From assembly GCA_963744995.1 (NCBI GenBank), contig CAVUWA010000010.1, positions 256,001 through 320,000 of the forward strand: a stretch of 64,000 bases of DNA, written 5' to 3'. The notes beneath the pieces are model-generated. The model had not been told where the DNA came from and did not search any database. It was given only the letters and a program-made list of their open reading frames with translations. The position numbers were made by a program, and so were the translations under genes. Source of the DNA: Candidatus Eiseniibacteriota bacterium (lineage in GTDB: Bacteria; Eisenbacteria; RBG-16-71-46). The stretch's first letter is position 1. The number at the start of each line of letters is the position of its first letter. Below are positions 20,778-35,029 of the stretch, piece after piece.

Positions 20778-21872
20778 CTACCTGAACCGCCGGCTCCGCT
20801 TCTTCGCCTTCACCGCCTCCGGCGCCGGCCACTCCGCGCGGGCGTACGTGGTCGGCGCGAACGACTCGCGCACCGCCAGCGCCCACTCGGCGGCGCCCAG
20901 CGTCTCCTTCTCCAGCTTGTCGCCGAACGCGAGCCAGGCGCGGCGCGCCGCGGCGCGGTAGCGCGCCTCGCCGGTGGCCGCGCTCAACTCGCACAGGAAG
21001 CGCGCCGCCCGCGCGTTCTCCTCCGACACGATCGGCGCCTTCTTCGTTTCGCCCTTCTTGTCCGGGACCGCACGCGTGTAGAAGCCGCCCCGTTTCGGAT
21101 CCTCGAAGCGCGCGAGGATCAGGTCGCCGAGCTGGATCGCGCGCTTGCGGTCGATCTCGCGGCCGACGACCTGGGCAGACAGCAGGCAGGCGCGCCCGGT
21201 CTCCACCTGATCGACGAGCAGCGGCGGTGAGATCACCATGTCGAAGTCCCCTTTGCGCATCAGGCCGAACCGCGGATCCCAGCACTTCCGCCACACGCGG
21301 TCGATGCTGAGCAGCGCGAAATCGCGGCGCCGCACGTCGCCAGTCGCCGCGCTCCAGCGCAACCATGCGTGGATCGCGAGGCCGTTGACCTCCGGCAACA
21401 GGAAGCGGTCGCCGATCTGCGACGGCATGAAGCCGCCGCGGCCGTCGAGCAGGACACGATCGAAGTAGTCGATCACCTGCGCCGCGCGGCGCCGCGCCGG
21501 CTTGCCGTAGCCCGCCTCCATCATGTCGACGAGGTTTTCGAGACGGCGCGCGTTGGTGTCGCCGCGCTTGTCGAAGCTCGGGTGCATCGGGTCGGCGTTC
21601 TTCGCGTTCTCCATGAAGCCGCCGCCCACGGAGTCGTAGAGCGTCCAGGTGAAATCCATCGTGCGCGCGGCCCGCTCGCGCCAGTCGCCTTCCGTCTCGC
21701 CCGCACGGCGGATCGACAGCTCGAGCGCGGCGCTCGAGGGGGCCTCGCTGCGGTCCACGAACGCGTGATGGTCCTGATCCCAGCCCGCGGCGACCTGGGC
21801 GGACAGCCGCTCGTAGAGCTGCTGATCCGCGGACGGCGCGGCGAGGATCACGGCGATCAAGATGGGAAACAT
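20778..21872 (-). CDS. Secreted (alpha/alpha)6-barrel protein resembling the YyaL/SSP411 (DUF255) C-terminal part, no thioredoxin domain
   Basis: LYDSVGGGF...PSFDK...NA and FEDPKRGGFY resemble YyaL motifs; hydrophobic N-terminus; GGAGG RBS. Confidence 0.6.
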   Translation of the reverse strand: MFPILIAVILAAPSADQQLYERLSAQVAAGWDQDHHAFVDRSEAPSSAALELSIRRAGETEGDWRERAARTMDFTWTLYDSVGGGFMENAKNADPMHPSFDKRGDTNARRLENLVDMMEAGYGKPARRRAAQVIDYFDRVLLDGRGGFMPSQIGDRFLLPEVNGLAIHAWLRWSAATGDVRRRDFALLSIDRVWRKCWDPRFGLMRKGDFDMVISPPLLVDQVETGRACLLSAQVVGREIDRKRAIQLGDLILARFEDPKRGGFYTRAVPDKKGETKKAPIVSEENARAARFLCELSAATGEARYRAAARRAWLAFGDKLEKETLGAAEWALAVRESFAPTTYARAEWPAPEAVKAKKRSRRFR

Positions 21873-22016
21873 CGGGCCTCCGGAGTCGGTGGGCGGGGCG
21901 CGCGGCCCGCAAGGACGTTCACCCGGGGCATCGGCACCGCGGCCGGCGCGCTTGAGGCGGCCGGATCTGCGGCCGCAACCTGCTGCCGGGCAGGAGGATG
22001 GCGGATCGGTTCCGGG

Positions 22017-23666
22017 CTAGGGCAGCACGCGGTCGAGGCGCTCGCGCGCGAGATCGTGGCGCGGCCCCGGGGGCAGCGCGCCGAGCAGCTGGCGCAGCGC
22101 CTCACCGGCCTCTTCGCGGCGCGGCCCGGTCGGCTCGATCGTCCACGCGGCATAACGGGCATCGGCGCGATGTTCGAGCGCCATGGTCCGCGCTTCGCCC
22201 GGCAGCAACGCGGCGGCGACCGCGTTCCATGCTTCCGCGGCGGCATCGAAGCGCACCGCCGACCGCTCGCGCACCGCGTCGCCCATCACGCGCTGCGCGT
22301 CCTCCCAGCGCGTGCGCACGCTGTCCGGCAGATCGCGCGGAACGACCGCCGGATCGAGTCCCTCGAATGCGAACGCCGCGGGCGGCGGCGGGGGCGGCGG
22401 CGCCGGCGCACCCTGCGCGGGCGGCGGCAGCACTTCGACCGTGCGCAGGACGAGGCGCACGGGCGCCTCGGGATCGCCGAACGAAACGGTGCGCCGGAGC
22501 GGCGTGAAGCCGACCGCGAACACGGTGAGGTCGTAGTCGCCGGCGGGCAGGTCGAAGCAGAAACGGCCGTCGTCCGCGCTCGTCGCGGTGACCCCGCGAG
22601 CACCGACGACCACCTGTGCTTTCGCGACCGGCCGCCCCTTCGCATCCACCACGGCGCCGCAGGCGCCGCCCTGCTGCTCGAGCGACATCCGGCCGGCGCC
22701 GGCTGCTCCGCCCGGACTCAGCGATTTGGCCACGGCCGGTGGCGGCGCGAGCGCGTCGGTGCCGGCACGCGGCGCTTCCGCCCGGGGCTTCGATTCCTCC
22801 TGCTTCGCCTCGCCCTCCGCGGTGCCCGCGAGCGGCTGCGCACGCCGGTCGCGGCGGATGCGGATCGACTCGCCCGGGGCCGGCGCGGGGGGCGGCGGCG
22901 CCTCCCGGGCGAAGCCCGGCACGCCGCGCGGCGGGGCGACCGGAAGCGGCTCGCCGCCCGGGCCCTGCTTCATCTCGCGCACGCGGGCGGGCGCGGCCGG
23001 CCGCGACGTGGCTTCGTTGCCGCCCGCGGCGTCGGCATCGGGCGCAGGCAAAGGCCTCTGCCGGGCCGCCTGCGGTGCCGCCGCCTCGGGCGCCGTCGCG
23101 GAAGGCGCCGTCGCGGAAGGCGCTCCGGAAGCGCCGGGGGCCGCGGGCGCGGCCGGCGGCGCGTCGCTCTGCGCGCCGCGTTCGAGCAGCTTTGCATCGC
23201 GCAGCTCGGGGACGCCCGACTCGCGCGCAATCATCAGCACGACACCCGCGGCGACGATCACCGCCGCGACGCCCCCGACCCAGACGAGCCGCCTGGGCGT
23301 GCGGAACCAGCTGCCGATGTCGTACCACGGAGACGTTTCGCGCGCGGGCCGCGCGGGCGGCAGGGCGTCGGCGAGCGCATCGGGTTCGATCTCGCCGGCC
23401 GCTTCGTGCGCGGCGTCCGCCGCGGCCGCGGGCCGGCCGGCGGCGCCGATGCGTTCGGCGACGCGCGCGGCGAAGGTGGCGAAGTAGGCGTCGCCGGGAT
23501 CATGGAGGTGCGTCTCGGCGAACAGCACGTCGGCCGCGCGCAGCTCCTCGAGCGCCGTGCGGCACATCTCGCACGAGGCGACATGCGCCTCCAGGGCGGC
23601 GCGCTCGGTTGCGGGCAGCGCATCGTCCATGAGCGCGCTCAACTGTTCGACGGTCAGGTGGTTCAC
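22017..23666 (-). CDS. Zinc-binding anti-sigma factor with TM, Pro/Ala linker and carboxypeptidase-regulatory-like domain
   Basis: HVASCEMC (HxxxCxxC), one TM, G.VVD..GRPV..A.V motif; GTGA overlap with the sigma gene. Confidence 0.82.
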   Translation of the reverse strand: MNHLTVEQLSALMDDALPATERAALEAHVASCEMCRTALEELRAADVLFAETHLHDPGDAYFATFAARVAERIGAAGRPAAAADAAHEAAGEIEPDALADALPPARPARETSPWYDIGSWFRTPRRLVWVGGVAAVIVAAGVVLMIARESGVPELRDAKLLERGAQSDAPPAAPAAPGASGAPSATAPSATAPEAAAPQAARQRPLPAPDADAAGGNEATSRPAAPARVREMKQGPGGEPLPVAPPRGVPGFAREAPPPPAPAPGESIRIRRDRRAQPLAGTAEGEAKQEESKPRAEAPRAGTDALAPPPAVAKSLSPGGAAGAGRMSLEQQGGACGAVVDAKGRPVAKAQVVVGARGVTATSADDGRFCFDLPAGDYDLTVFAVGFTPLRRTVSFGDPEAPVRLVLRTVEVLPPPAQGAPAPPPPPPPAAFAFEGLDPAVVPRDLPDSVRTRWEDAQRVMGDAVRERSAVRFDAAAEAWNAVAAALLPGEARTMALEHRADARYAAWTIEPTGPRREEAGEALRQLLGALPPGPRHDLARERLDRVLP

Positions 23667-24265
23667 GGTTCTTCCTTCGTGCGCGCCTCGAGGCGCGCCT
23701 TGAGCTCGGCCCGCGCGCGCGAAAGGCGCGACATCACGGTGCCGGACGCGATCTCGAGCGTGCGCGCGATTTCATCGTAGGACATGCCTTCCACGACGCG
23801 CAGCACGAGGATCGCGCGGTGGTCCTCGGACAGCTCCTCGAACGCTTCCGCCAGCCGGCCGGCGTGCTCCCGGTCCGCCGCATGGTCGGCCGGGTCGTCG
23901 TCCGCGCCCCACTGCATGCCGGCCTCGACCAGCGGCTCGATCGAGGTCTCGGGGCGCCGCTTGCGGCGGCGGAACAGGGAATACGCCAGGTTCGTCACGA
24001 TCCTCGCCAGCCACGGGTAGAGGGGCTCGCCCACGCGAAAGCGATCCAGCGCCTGCCAGGCGCGCACGAACGCCTCCTGCGCGAGGTCGTCCGCGTCCTC
24101 GTGCGACCGGGCGAGCCCGTAGGCCACGCGGTAGATCCGGCGCTGATAGCGCTCGACGATCGCGGTGAACGCGGCCTGATCGCCCGACCGGGCGGCGCTG
24201 ACCAGCGCGGCGTCGTCCCGCGCCTCTGCACTACGCCGCGCCTGGGGCTCCATTCCCTCTTTCAT
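23663..24265 (-). CDS. ECF sigma-70 factor
   Basis: DADDLAQEAFVRAW, WLARIVTN and SYDEIA...GTVMSRLSRAR motifs. Confidence 0.93.
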   Translation of the reverse strand: MKEGMEPQARRSAEARDDAALVSAARSGDQAAFTAIVERYQRRIYRVAYGLARSHEDADDLAQEAFVRAWQALDRFRVGEPLYPWLARIVTNLAYSLFRRRKRRPETSIEPLVEAGMQWGADDDPADHAADREHAGRLAEAFEELSEDHRAILVLRVVEGMSYDEIARTLEIASGTVMSRLSRARAELKARLEARTKEEP

Positions 24266-24408
24266 GGGCAAGAGCGCTACGCCCTCCGATCCGACGTGTC
24301 AACTGCAAGGGGCCGTTGGAATTGGAGCGTCGGCCCCGACCGTGGTGCAGGCTGCGGAGATGCCCGGCCCGCGCCGCCCGGGCGCCGCGGCCCCCCCGCC
24401 GCCCCCAC

Positions 24409-25125
24409 TCAGGCCGGCTGGCCGGCACCCTTCAGCGCCTGGTCGCGCTCCCTGCGGGCCGCTTCGAGCGCGGCCCGCGGGGCCGCCGCCTGCGTCACCG
24501 CCCGGCCGATCACCAGCAGCCCGGCGCCCGCGCGCACGGCTTCGGTCACCGTCGTCACCCGCTTCTGGTCGTTCGCCGCGCCGCCCGCCATGCGGATCCC
24601 GGGCGTCACCGCGTAGAACGGCTTCCCGTGCATCTGGCGGATCCACGGCAGCTCTTCGGCCGAGCACACGATCCCGTGCGCGCCCGCGCGCGTCGCCAGG
24701 CCGAGCAGCTCCGCGGCGACCGGCGCCACGTGCAGCGGCGACTTGAACCCGGGCGGCGTGTTGTAGGCGTTGAGGCTGGTGAGGATCGTCACCGCGACGA
24801 TCTTCGTGTCGCCGCCCGCCCGCGCGCCGGCGACCGCGGCGGCGATCATCTCGAGGCCCCCGGTCGCGTGCACCGTGAGCAGCTCGGCGCCGAGCCGCGC
24901 CGCCTGCTCGGCGGCGCCCTGCACGGTGTTCGGAATGTCGTGCAGCTTGAGGTCCAGGAACACCCGGCGCCCGCGCTCGCGCAGCGCGCGCACCGCGGCC
25001 GGACCTTCGGCGGTGAACAGCTGCAGCCCGATCTTGGCGTACTCCGGCCCCTCGCCCAGCGCTTCGTCGAGGGCGAGCGCGTCGTCGAGCTTCGGCACGT
25101 CGAAGGCGATCGCGATGTCGGTCAC
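24409..25125 (-). CDS. pyrF: Orotidine-5'-phosphate decarboxylase
   Basis: FLDLKLHDIPNTV, VTILTS and VTPGIR motifs. Confidence 0.95.
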   Translation of the reverse strand: MTDIAIAFDVPKLDDALALDEALGEGPEYAKIGLQLFTAEGPAAVRALRERGRRVFLDLKLHDIPNTVQGAAEQAARLGAELLTVHATGGLEMIAAAVAGARAGGDTKIVAVTILTSLNAYNTPPGFKSPLHVAPVAAELLGLATRAGAHGIVCSAEELPWIRQMHGKPFYAVTPGIRMAGGAANDQKRVTTVTEAVRAGAGLLVIGRAVTQAAAPRAALEAARRERDQALKGAGQPA

Positions 25126-26288
25126 GTCGGCACTCCTTTCCGGCGCCCGCGCCGCGGCGCCCGTTCTGCGGTGTCGCCCGCCGTCTGTCCGTTGGACGGC
25201 ATGCCGACGGTGCCGGCGTTTCCGGCGCCGAGCACGCCGCGGAAATCCGCGAGCCGCACGATGCCGCGTGTGGCGAGCCAGGCCTTCATCTCTTCCAGCA
25301 CGTCGAGCGAAGCGCGCGGCCGGATGAACGACGCGGTCCCCACCTGCACCGCCGCGGCGCCGACCGCAATGTACTCCAGCGCGTCGCGGCCGCTCATGAT
25401 CCCACCCGAACCGATCACCGGAATCGAGACCGCCGCCGCGGTCTCGTGGCAGCGCGCGAGCGCGAGCGGCTTGATCGCGGGTCCCGATACCCCGCCGGTG
25501 AAGCGGCCGAGCTTCGAGCGCAGGTGCTCGAGGTCGAGCGCGAGCCCGACGAACGTGTTGACCGCCGTGACCGCGTCCGCGCCGCCCTGCTCGCAGGCGA
25601 TCGCCAGGTCGGGAACCGAGGTGACGTCGGGCGACAGCTTGGCGATGAGCGCGCGGCGCGTGAGGCGGCGGAGCCGCCCCATCGTGTCCTCGAGCCGCTT
25701 CGGCACGGCCCAGTAGCGCGCGCCGCCCGCGGCGACGTTCGGGCACGAGAAGTTGATCTCGAAGCCGCCGATGCCGCGCTCTTCGCCGAGCGCCTCGAGC
25801 AGCCGCTCGAGCTCCTCCGGCGTCTCGCCGCCCACCGAGGCGATCACCTGCGCGTCGAGCGCACGCAGCTTCGCGAGCTTCTCCTCGCGGAAGCGCTCGA
25901 GGCCCACGTTTTCGAGCCCGATCGAGTTGAGCATCCCGGCCGGCGTCTCGGCGACGCGGTTGGGCGCGTTGCCCGCGCGCGGCTCGAGCGTCACCGTCTT
26001 GGTGATCACCGCGCCGAGGCGGGTGAGGTCCACGACGTGCGCGTACTCGTCGCCGTAGCCGAAGGTGCCCGAAGCGGTGAGGATCGGATTGGCGAGCTCG
26101 AGCGGGCCGATCGCGACGCGCATGTCGGGCGCGGGCCCGGTGTGCGTGTGCGCGGGCGGCGGGCCCTCGTGCAGGCGCGGCGCGGTGGCGCGGCGCCGCG
26201 GCGCGGCGGCGCGCTTCGGCTTCGGCGCCGCGCGCTTCGTGCCGCGCACCGGCTGGCGGGACTTCGCCGCGGCCTTTCTGGCACTCAT
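25122..26288 (-). CDS. pyrD: Dihydroorotate dehydrogenase family 1B, catalytic subunit
   Basis: ASGTFGYG, GMLNSIGLEN, EINFSCPNV and GGVSGPAIKP motifs; basic N-terminal extension. Confidence 0.93.
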   Translation of the reverse strand: MSARKAAAKSRQPVRGTKRAAPKPKRAAAPRRRATAPRLHEGPPPAHTHTGPAPDMRVAIGPLELANPILTASGTFGYGDEYAHVVDLTRLGAVITKTVTLEPRAGNAPNRVAETPAGMLNSIGLENVGLERFREEKLAKLRALDAQVIASVGGETPEELERLLEALGEERGIGGFEINFSCPNVAAGGARYWAVPKRLEDTMGRLRRLTRRALIAKLSPDVTSVPDLAIACEQGGADAVTAVNTFVGLALDLEHLRSKLGRFTGGVSGPAIKPLALARCHETAAAVSIPVIGSGGIMSGRDALEYIAVGAAAVQVGTASFIRPRASLDVLEEMKAWLATRGIVRLADFRGVLGAGNAGTVGMPSNGQTAGDTAERAPRRGRRKGVPT

Positions 26289-27166
26289 TCGACGCGTTCC
26301 CAGTCGAGCGCGTGCGCCTCGAATACCGGACCGTCGGTGCAGCACATGGCGAACTCGCGGTTGCCGTACAGCGACGGCGTGACGTCGGGGTCGAACGCCT
26401 CGCGTGCCGCGGCGCTGCGTGGCAGCGGGCAGCCGCGGCACACCCCGGTGCCGCACGCCATCACCGATTCCATCGCCAGATGCGCGCGCTCGCCGCGGCG
26501 CATCGCCCAGAGCGCGAGCGCCTTGAGCATCCCGTGCGGGCCGCAGGCGTGGTAGATGAGCGGGGCCTTCAGTTTCGGCACCAGCGTCTCGAGCAGCTGG
26601 ACCACGTCGGCCCGCATGCCGCGGCTGCCGTCGTCGGTGGCGAGGTGGAGCTTCCCGCCCATGCGCGCGAGCTGGCGGCGCGCGTCGGCGAGGCCGATCA
26701 GATAGTCCCGGCTGCGCGCGCCGAACACGAATACCGATTTGCGTCCGGCTTTCGCCAGCGTCGCCGCGGCGAACAGCAGCGGTGCGACGCCGCGCCCGCC
26801 CGCGACCAGCACCGGTGTGCCGGGCTCATCGAGCGGGAAGCCGTGGCCGAGCGGCCCCAGGAGGTCCACCTCGGCGCCCGCGGCGAGCCGCGCGAGCGCG
26901 ATCGTGCCCGTGCCGACCGGCGCGTAGAGAAACCCGATCGCGAGGCCGCGCGGATGCGCGCGCACGCCGGCCACGCTCATCGGCCTCGGCAGCAGCACCG
27001 CGCTCGACACCGGCGGCAGCAGCAGCTGCATGAACTGCCCGGCCGCGGGCGCCGGCGTTCCCTTCGGCACCGCGACGTCCAGCCAGCGATGCCCGGCGCC
27101 GTAGTCGCGCTGTCCGAGGATCGTGCCGCGGATCTGGGCCCAGGTGGCGGGGGCGGCCGTGGTCAT
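26285..27166 (-). CDS. pyrK: Dihydroorotate dehydrogenase electron transfer subunit
   Basis: RPMSV, GPLGHGF, ACGP, MACGTGVCRGC and CTDGPVF motifs. Confidence 0.9.
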   Translation of the reverse strand: MTTAAPATWAQIRGTILGQRDYGAGHRWLDVAVPKGTPAPAAGQFMQLLLPPVSSAVLLPRPMSVAGVRAHPRGLAIGFLYAPVGTGTIALARLAAGAEVDLLGPLGHGFPLDEPGTPVLVAGGRGVAPLLFAAATLAKAGRKSVFVFGARSRDYLIGLADARRQLARMGGKLHLATDDGSRGMRADVVQLLETLVPKLKAPLIYHACGPHGMLKALALWAMRRGERAHLAMESVMACGTGVCRGCPLPRSAAAREAFDPDVTPSLYGNREFAMCCTDGPVFEAHALDWERVE

Positions 27167-29294
27167 CGCGGGTACGCGAACACTCTGCCCCGCCCGTCGC
27201 GTGCGGCGATGGCCCGCGCCCGCCGTTCCCGTTCCGCCTCGAGCGCCAGCTCGCGCGGGGTGCGCACGAAGCTCGCGCTCTGCAGCGTCACCCCGAGGAT
27301 CCGAAATGACCACAGGCGCGGGCGGGCGGCCCTCTCCATCATGGCCCCATCGCCGTCGGGCTCGTGGCCCGGCACGAACCCTGACGTCCCGCTCGTATCG
27401 GCCGGTGCCGTCGTGCTCGTGTCGGCCGGAGCCGGCGTCTGCGCCGTGGTATCGCCCGGTGCGGGCTGCGGCGCGGGGGCGGGAGTGCCCGCGGTGGTGT
27501 CGCGCGGGGCCGTGGCCGTCGACGGGCTCGACGTCGTGTCCGGCGCAGTCGGCCGGGCCGGGGCCGTGCTGTCGCTCACGCCGGGAGCCGGCGGCGGCGG
27601 GCCCGGCGCCGGCTGCATGAAGACGGCCGCCGAATCCTGCGCCGCGCCGCCCAGGAACGCGGGGCGCGGCCTTCCCGGCATCGAGTCCGGCGGGGCTCCG
27701 TGCGGCAGCGGCGGCAGCCCCGCCCGGCGCCTCAGCGAGTCGGCCATGGTCTCGCCGGGCGCGAGCGGACCGAGACGCGGCTCGCCGCCCGGGCCGAGCA
27801 CCGTGTCCACCGCCGCGGGCGCCTGCACCTCGGGTTCGGGCTCGGGCGCCACCGGCTCGGGCAGCTGGATCAGGTCCGCCGGCACCTGATGGCCCTCGGC
27901 CTCCAGGTAGTCGCGCGCGGCGAGCTGCGCTTCGGTCGCGGGGTGCTCGCGCACCACGAGCCAGAACAGCGAGTCGGCGGCGGCCCTGCGGTCGAGCTTG
28001 CGCGCCAGCACCCAGCCCTCGGCGAGCAGCGCCTTGGCGCCCGCCGGGGTGTCGGGGTACTGCCGGGCGATCTTGCGGTACTCGGCGAGCGCCCGTTCGG
28101 GTTTGTCGAGCTGGAACAGGTACTGCTCGGCGAGCACGAAGCCCGCGTCCGCGGCCTTGCCGGAGCTGTCCCCCGCTGCCGCGCGGAACTGCTCGAGGCG
28201 CGCCAGGTTCTGCGAGCGCTGCAGCGCCTGGATGCCGAAGCCGGTCGCCCCGGTCTGATCCTTGACCTTGTCGTACTCGACGCGCGCCTGATCGAAGTCG
28301 TCGCCGAGCGTCTCGTAGGCGTAGCCGATCCGGTACTGGGCCTCGGCGCCGAGCGGCGTCTTCGGGTAGTCCTCGACGATGCGCCGGTAGGACTCGATCG
28401 CCTTGTCCAGCCGGCCCGCCAGCAGGTGCACGGTGCCGATGCGCATGAGGAGCCGGCCGAAGCGGTCGAGCCCGGCGGTCTGCTGCTGCGGGGTCCGGAC
28501 CGAGCCCGAATCCGGCCGCACGGGTTCGATCTCGTAGCGCAGCGCATCCTCGAGCAGGGCGAGCTCGTTGTCGTAGTCGCGGGCCGCCTCGAGGCAGTCG
28601 GCCTCGCGCAGCAGGTAGTCGAGCCGCTCCGCGTCGGTGCGCGAACGCTCGCCCAGCGTGCGGAAGTCCGCCTGTGCGTCACCGTAATCGCCGTTCGCGA
28701 GCAGGGCCTCGGCGCGCTCGGTGTAGGCCTGATGCAGCAGTCCGCTCTTCGCATACTTCGCGATGATCACCGACGCCGCCCGCGCCGCCGCGGCCGGCCG
28801 GTCCAGCGACTTCAGCGTGCGGGCGCGCTCGAGCTGAGCGTAGGGCACGAGGTCGCTCTTCGGCGCGCGCACGAGAAACGTGTCGAGCGCGGCGAGCGCC
28901 TGCTCGTAGCGGCGCGCGTTGCGGTAGCCGACGCCGAGGTAGAACTCGGCCTCGTTGCGCAGCGGGCTGCCGGGAAAGCGCGCGTTGAAGTCTTCGAGCA
29001 TGTTCACCGTCTGCAGCGGGTCGTCGCGGCCGAGCAGGGCGCGCGCCCACAGCAGGTACGCGTCGTCCACCCACTTGGACTTCGGGTACTGCGACAGCAC
29101 CTTCTTGGAATAGTCGATCGAACGCCTGAATTCGTTCGAGGCCTGTCCCGTCGGCTTCTCGACGGGATACGGCAGCCCCGCCGTGCCGCGCTCGTAGTAC
29201 TTCTGCGCGAGGTAGAAGGTGTTGTAGTAGGCACACGACGAGAGCAGCACCGCGCCCGCCGCGAGCACCACCAGCACCGCCGGACCTCGTCGGG

Positions 29295-29298
<4 letters not shown>
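27163..29298 (-). CDS. TPR-repeat lipoprotein with Pro/Thr-rich C-terminal tail
   Basis: Lipobox LLSSC then [17 protein letters not shown] and repeated TPR motifs; GTGA/ATGA overlaps with carB and pyrK. Confidence 0.85.
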
Positions 29299-32509
<3,211 letters not shown>

Positions 32510-32510
<1 letters not shown>

Positions 32511-33664
32511 CAGTTCCTCGCCCCCGCCATGCCCTTCTCCGCGCGCCGCTTTCCGACCGCCTCGGCGAACGCCGCGAACCACGGCCGCGAGTCGTGCGGG
32601 CCCGGCGCGGCCTCGGGGTGGTACTGGCAGCTGAACACCGGGAGCTTCCGGTGCACCATGCCCTCGAGCGTGCCGTCGTTCGCGCTGAAGTGCGTCAGCT
32701 CGAACTCGCCCGCGGGCATCGTCTCCGGGTCGACGGCGAAGCCGTGGTTCTGCGAGCTGACCTCGATCCTGCCGGTCCTGCGGTCCACCACCGGGTGGTT
32801 CGCGCCGCGGTGGCCGAATTTGAGCTTGTGGGTGCGGCCGCCGAACGCCTGGCCGATCAGCTGGTGGCCGAGGCAGATCCCGAACGTCGGCACGGCCTGG
32901 GCCACCTCGCGCGCCGCGGCGATCGCGTAATCGAGCGGCCCGGGGTCGCCCGGCCCGTTGGAGAGCACGACGCCGTCGGGGTCGAGGTCCAGCACTTCGC
33001 CGCCGTTCGTGCGCGACGGCAGCACCCGCACCTTGAAACCCTGCGCGTGCAGCAGGCGCAGGATGTTGAACTTGACGCCGTAGTCGAGCACGGCGATCAG
33101 CGGGCGCTGCGCCTCGTCGGCCGGCAGCTCCTCCGCGTGGCCCTGCGCGGTCCACCAGTAGGGTTCGACGCAGGTCACGATGTCGGCGAGCGCGAGGCCG
33201 GTCATGCTGGGGCTCTGACGCGCCTTCTCGACCAGGCTGCCCTCGTCGAGGTCCACCGCCGACACGCAGCCGCGCATCACGCCGCGCGTGCGCAGGTGGC
33301 GGGTGAGCGCGCGCGTGTCGATCCCCTGGATCCCGGGCACGCCGCGCGCTTCGAGCAGGTCCTCGAGCCGCCCCCGCGAGCGCCAGCTGCTCGGCATCTC
33401 GCACGCCTCGCGGCAGACCATCGCCTGCGCGCGCAGCCGGTGGCTTTCCCAGTCCTCGTCGTTCACGCCGTAGTTGCCGAGCAGCGGGTAGGTGAACGTC
33501 ACGATCTGCCCGCAGTAGGACGGATCGGATATCACTTCCTGATAACCGGTCATGGCGGTGTTGAACACCACCTCGCCGGTGGTCTCGGCCGGCGCGCCGA
33601 ACGACTCGCCGCGGAACACGCGGCCGTCTTCGAGCGCGAGCAGCGCGGGGGGACGACGGGTCAT
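32510..33664 (-). CDS. carA: Carbamoyl-phosphate synthase small subunit
   Basis: [24 protein letters not shown] and [10 protein letters not shown] motifs. Confidence 0.97.
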
Positions 33665-33726
33665 CGGACTCCCTTGGAGAACGTCAGGGGTGACATGGGC
33701 CATGCATCATACGCGCAGCGGTCCAT

Positions 33727-35029
33727 CTATCGAAGTGGCGAGGCGTCCGCCAGAGCGGCGTCATGGGTCACGCGCCCGCCGCAGATCGTCCGATGCACCC
33801 GGCCGTAGAGGCGATTCCCGGCGAACGGCGTGTTGCGCCCTTTCGAGCGGAACGCGGACGGGTCCACGGTCCAGGTCTCGTCCGGGTCGAACAGCGCGAG
33901 ATCGGCCGGGAAGCCCGCTTCGAGCCGCACCTCGGGCAGGCCGAACACGCGCCTGGGCGCCCCGGTCCACAACTCGACCGCCCGCTCCAGGGTGAGGTGG
34001 CCGGGCCGCACCAGATGGGTGATCGTCAGCCCGAGCGCGGTTTCCAGCCCCACGATCCCGAACGGCGCAGCGTCGAACGGCTGCGCCTTCTCGGCCTCGG
34101 TATGCGGTGCGTGGTCGGTCGCGAGGCAGTCCACGGTGCCGTCGGCGATCGCGGCGATCGCCGCAGCGCGATCGGCGGCGGGCCGCAGCGGCGGGTTCAT
34201 CTTCGCCATGGTGTCGTACTCGCCGACGGCCCCGTCGGTGAGCGTCCAGTGGTGCGGGCACACCTCGCCGCGACACGCGGAGACCGCGACGCCTGGCGTC
34301 ACGCAGCGCCTCGAACGAGGCCGCGCACGAGAGGTGCGCCAGGTGCACGCGCCCGCCGGTCAGCGCCGCCAGCTCGACGTCGCGCCGGACCATGATGCTC
34401 TCGGCCTCGGAGGGAATCCCCGTGAGGCCCAGCCGCGCCGACACCGCGCCCTCGTGCATGTGGCCGCCCGCGGCGAGCGAAGGGTCCTCTTCGTGGCAGA
34501 CGATCGGAGTGCCGAGGTCCCTGGCGTACTCGAGCGCCCGGCGCATGACCGCGGCCGTCCCGACCGGCCGGCCGTCGTCACTGAACGCCACCGCGCCCGC
34601 CGCGGCGAGCGCGTGCATCTCGGCGAGACGCTCGCCGGCCTGGCCGAGCGTCACGGCCGCGATCGGCAGCACGCGGCAGTGCGCGACCTTCTGCGCGCGA
34701 GCCAGCAGCCACTCGATCCACTCGACGCGGTCGATGACCGGATTCGTGTTCGGCATGCAGGCGATCGAGGTGAACCCGCCGGCCGCCGCCGCCGCGGTGC
34801 CGGTCGCCACGGTCTCCTTCGCGCTCTGCCCCGGCTCGCGCAGGTGGACGTGCAGGTCCACGAAGCCCGGAGCGAGCACGAGGCCATGCGCGTCGAACGC
34901 GTCCGCGCCCGCGGGGAGCGGCGCGTGGGCGCCGCCGCCGACACGTGCGATCACCCCGTCCTTCCAGTCGAGGTCGATGCGCTCGCCGCTGCGCCAGTGG
35001 CGCGCACCGCGGATCGCCCCCGCGCTCAT
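33727..35029 (-). CDS. pyrC: Dihydroorotase, apparent +1 frameshift near 34270
   Basis: DLHVHLREPG and CMPNTNP in one frame; EVCPHH, KMNPPLR and ATDHAPH in another. Confidence 0.9.

Noticed and set aside
23085..23125. Tandem repeat GGCGCCGTCGCGGAA in the anti-sigma linker
   Set aside because: Short in-frame duplication (PSATA x2) in a low-complexity linker.
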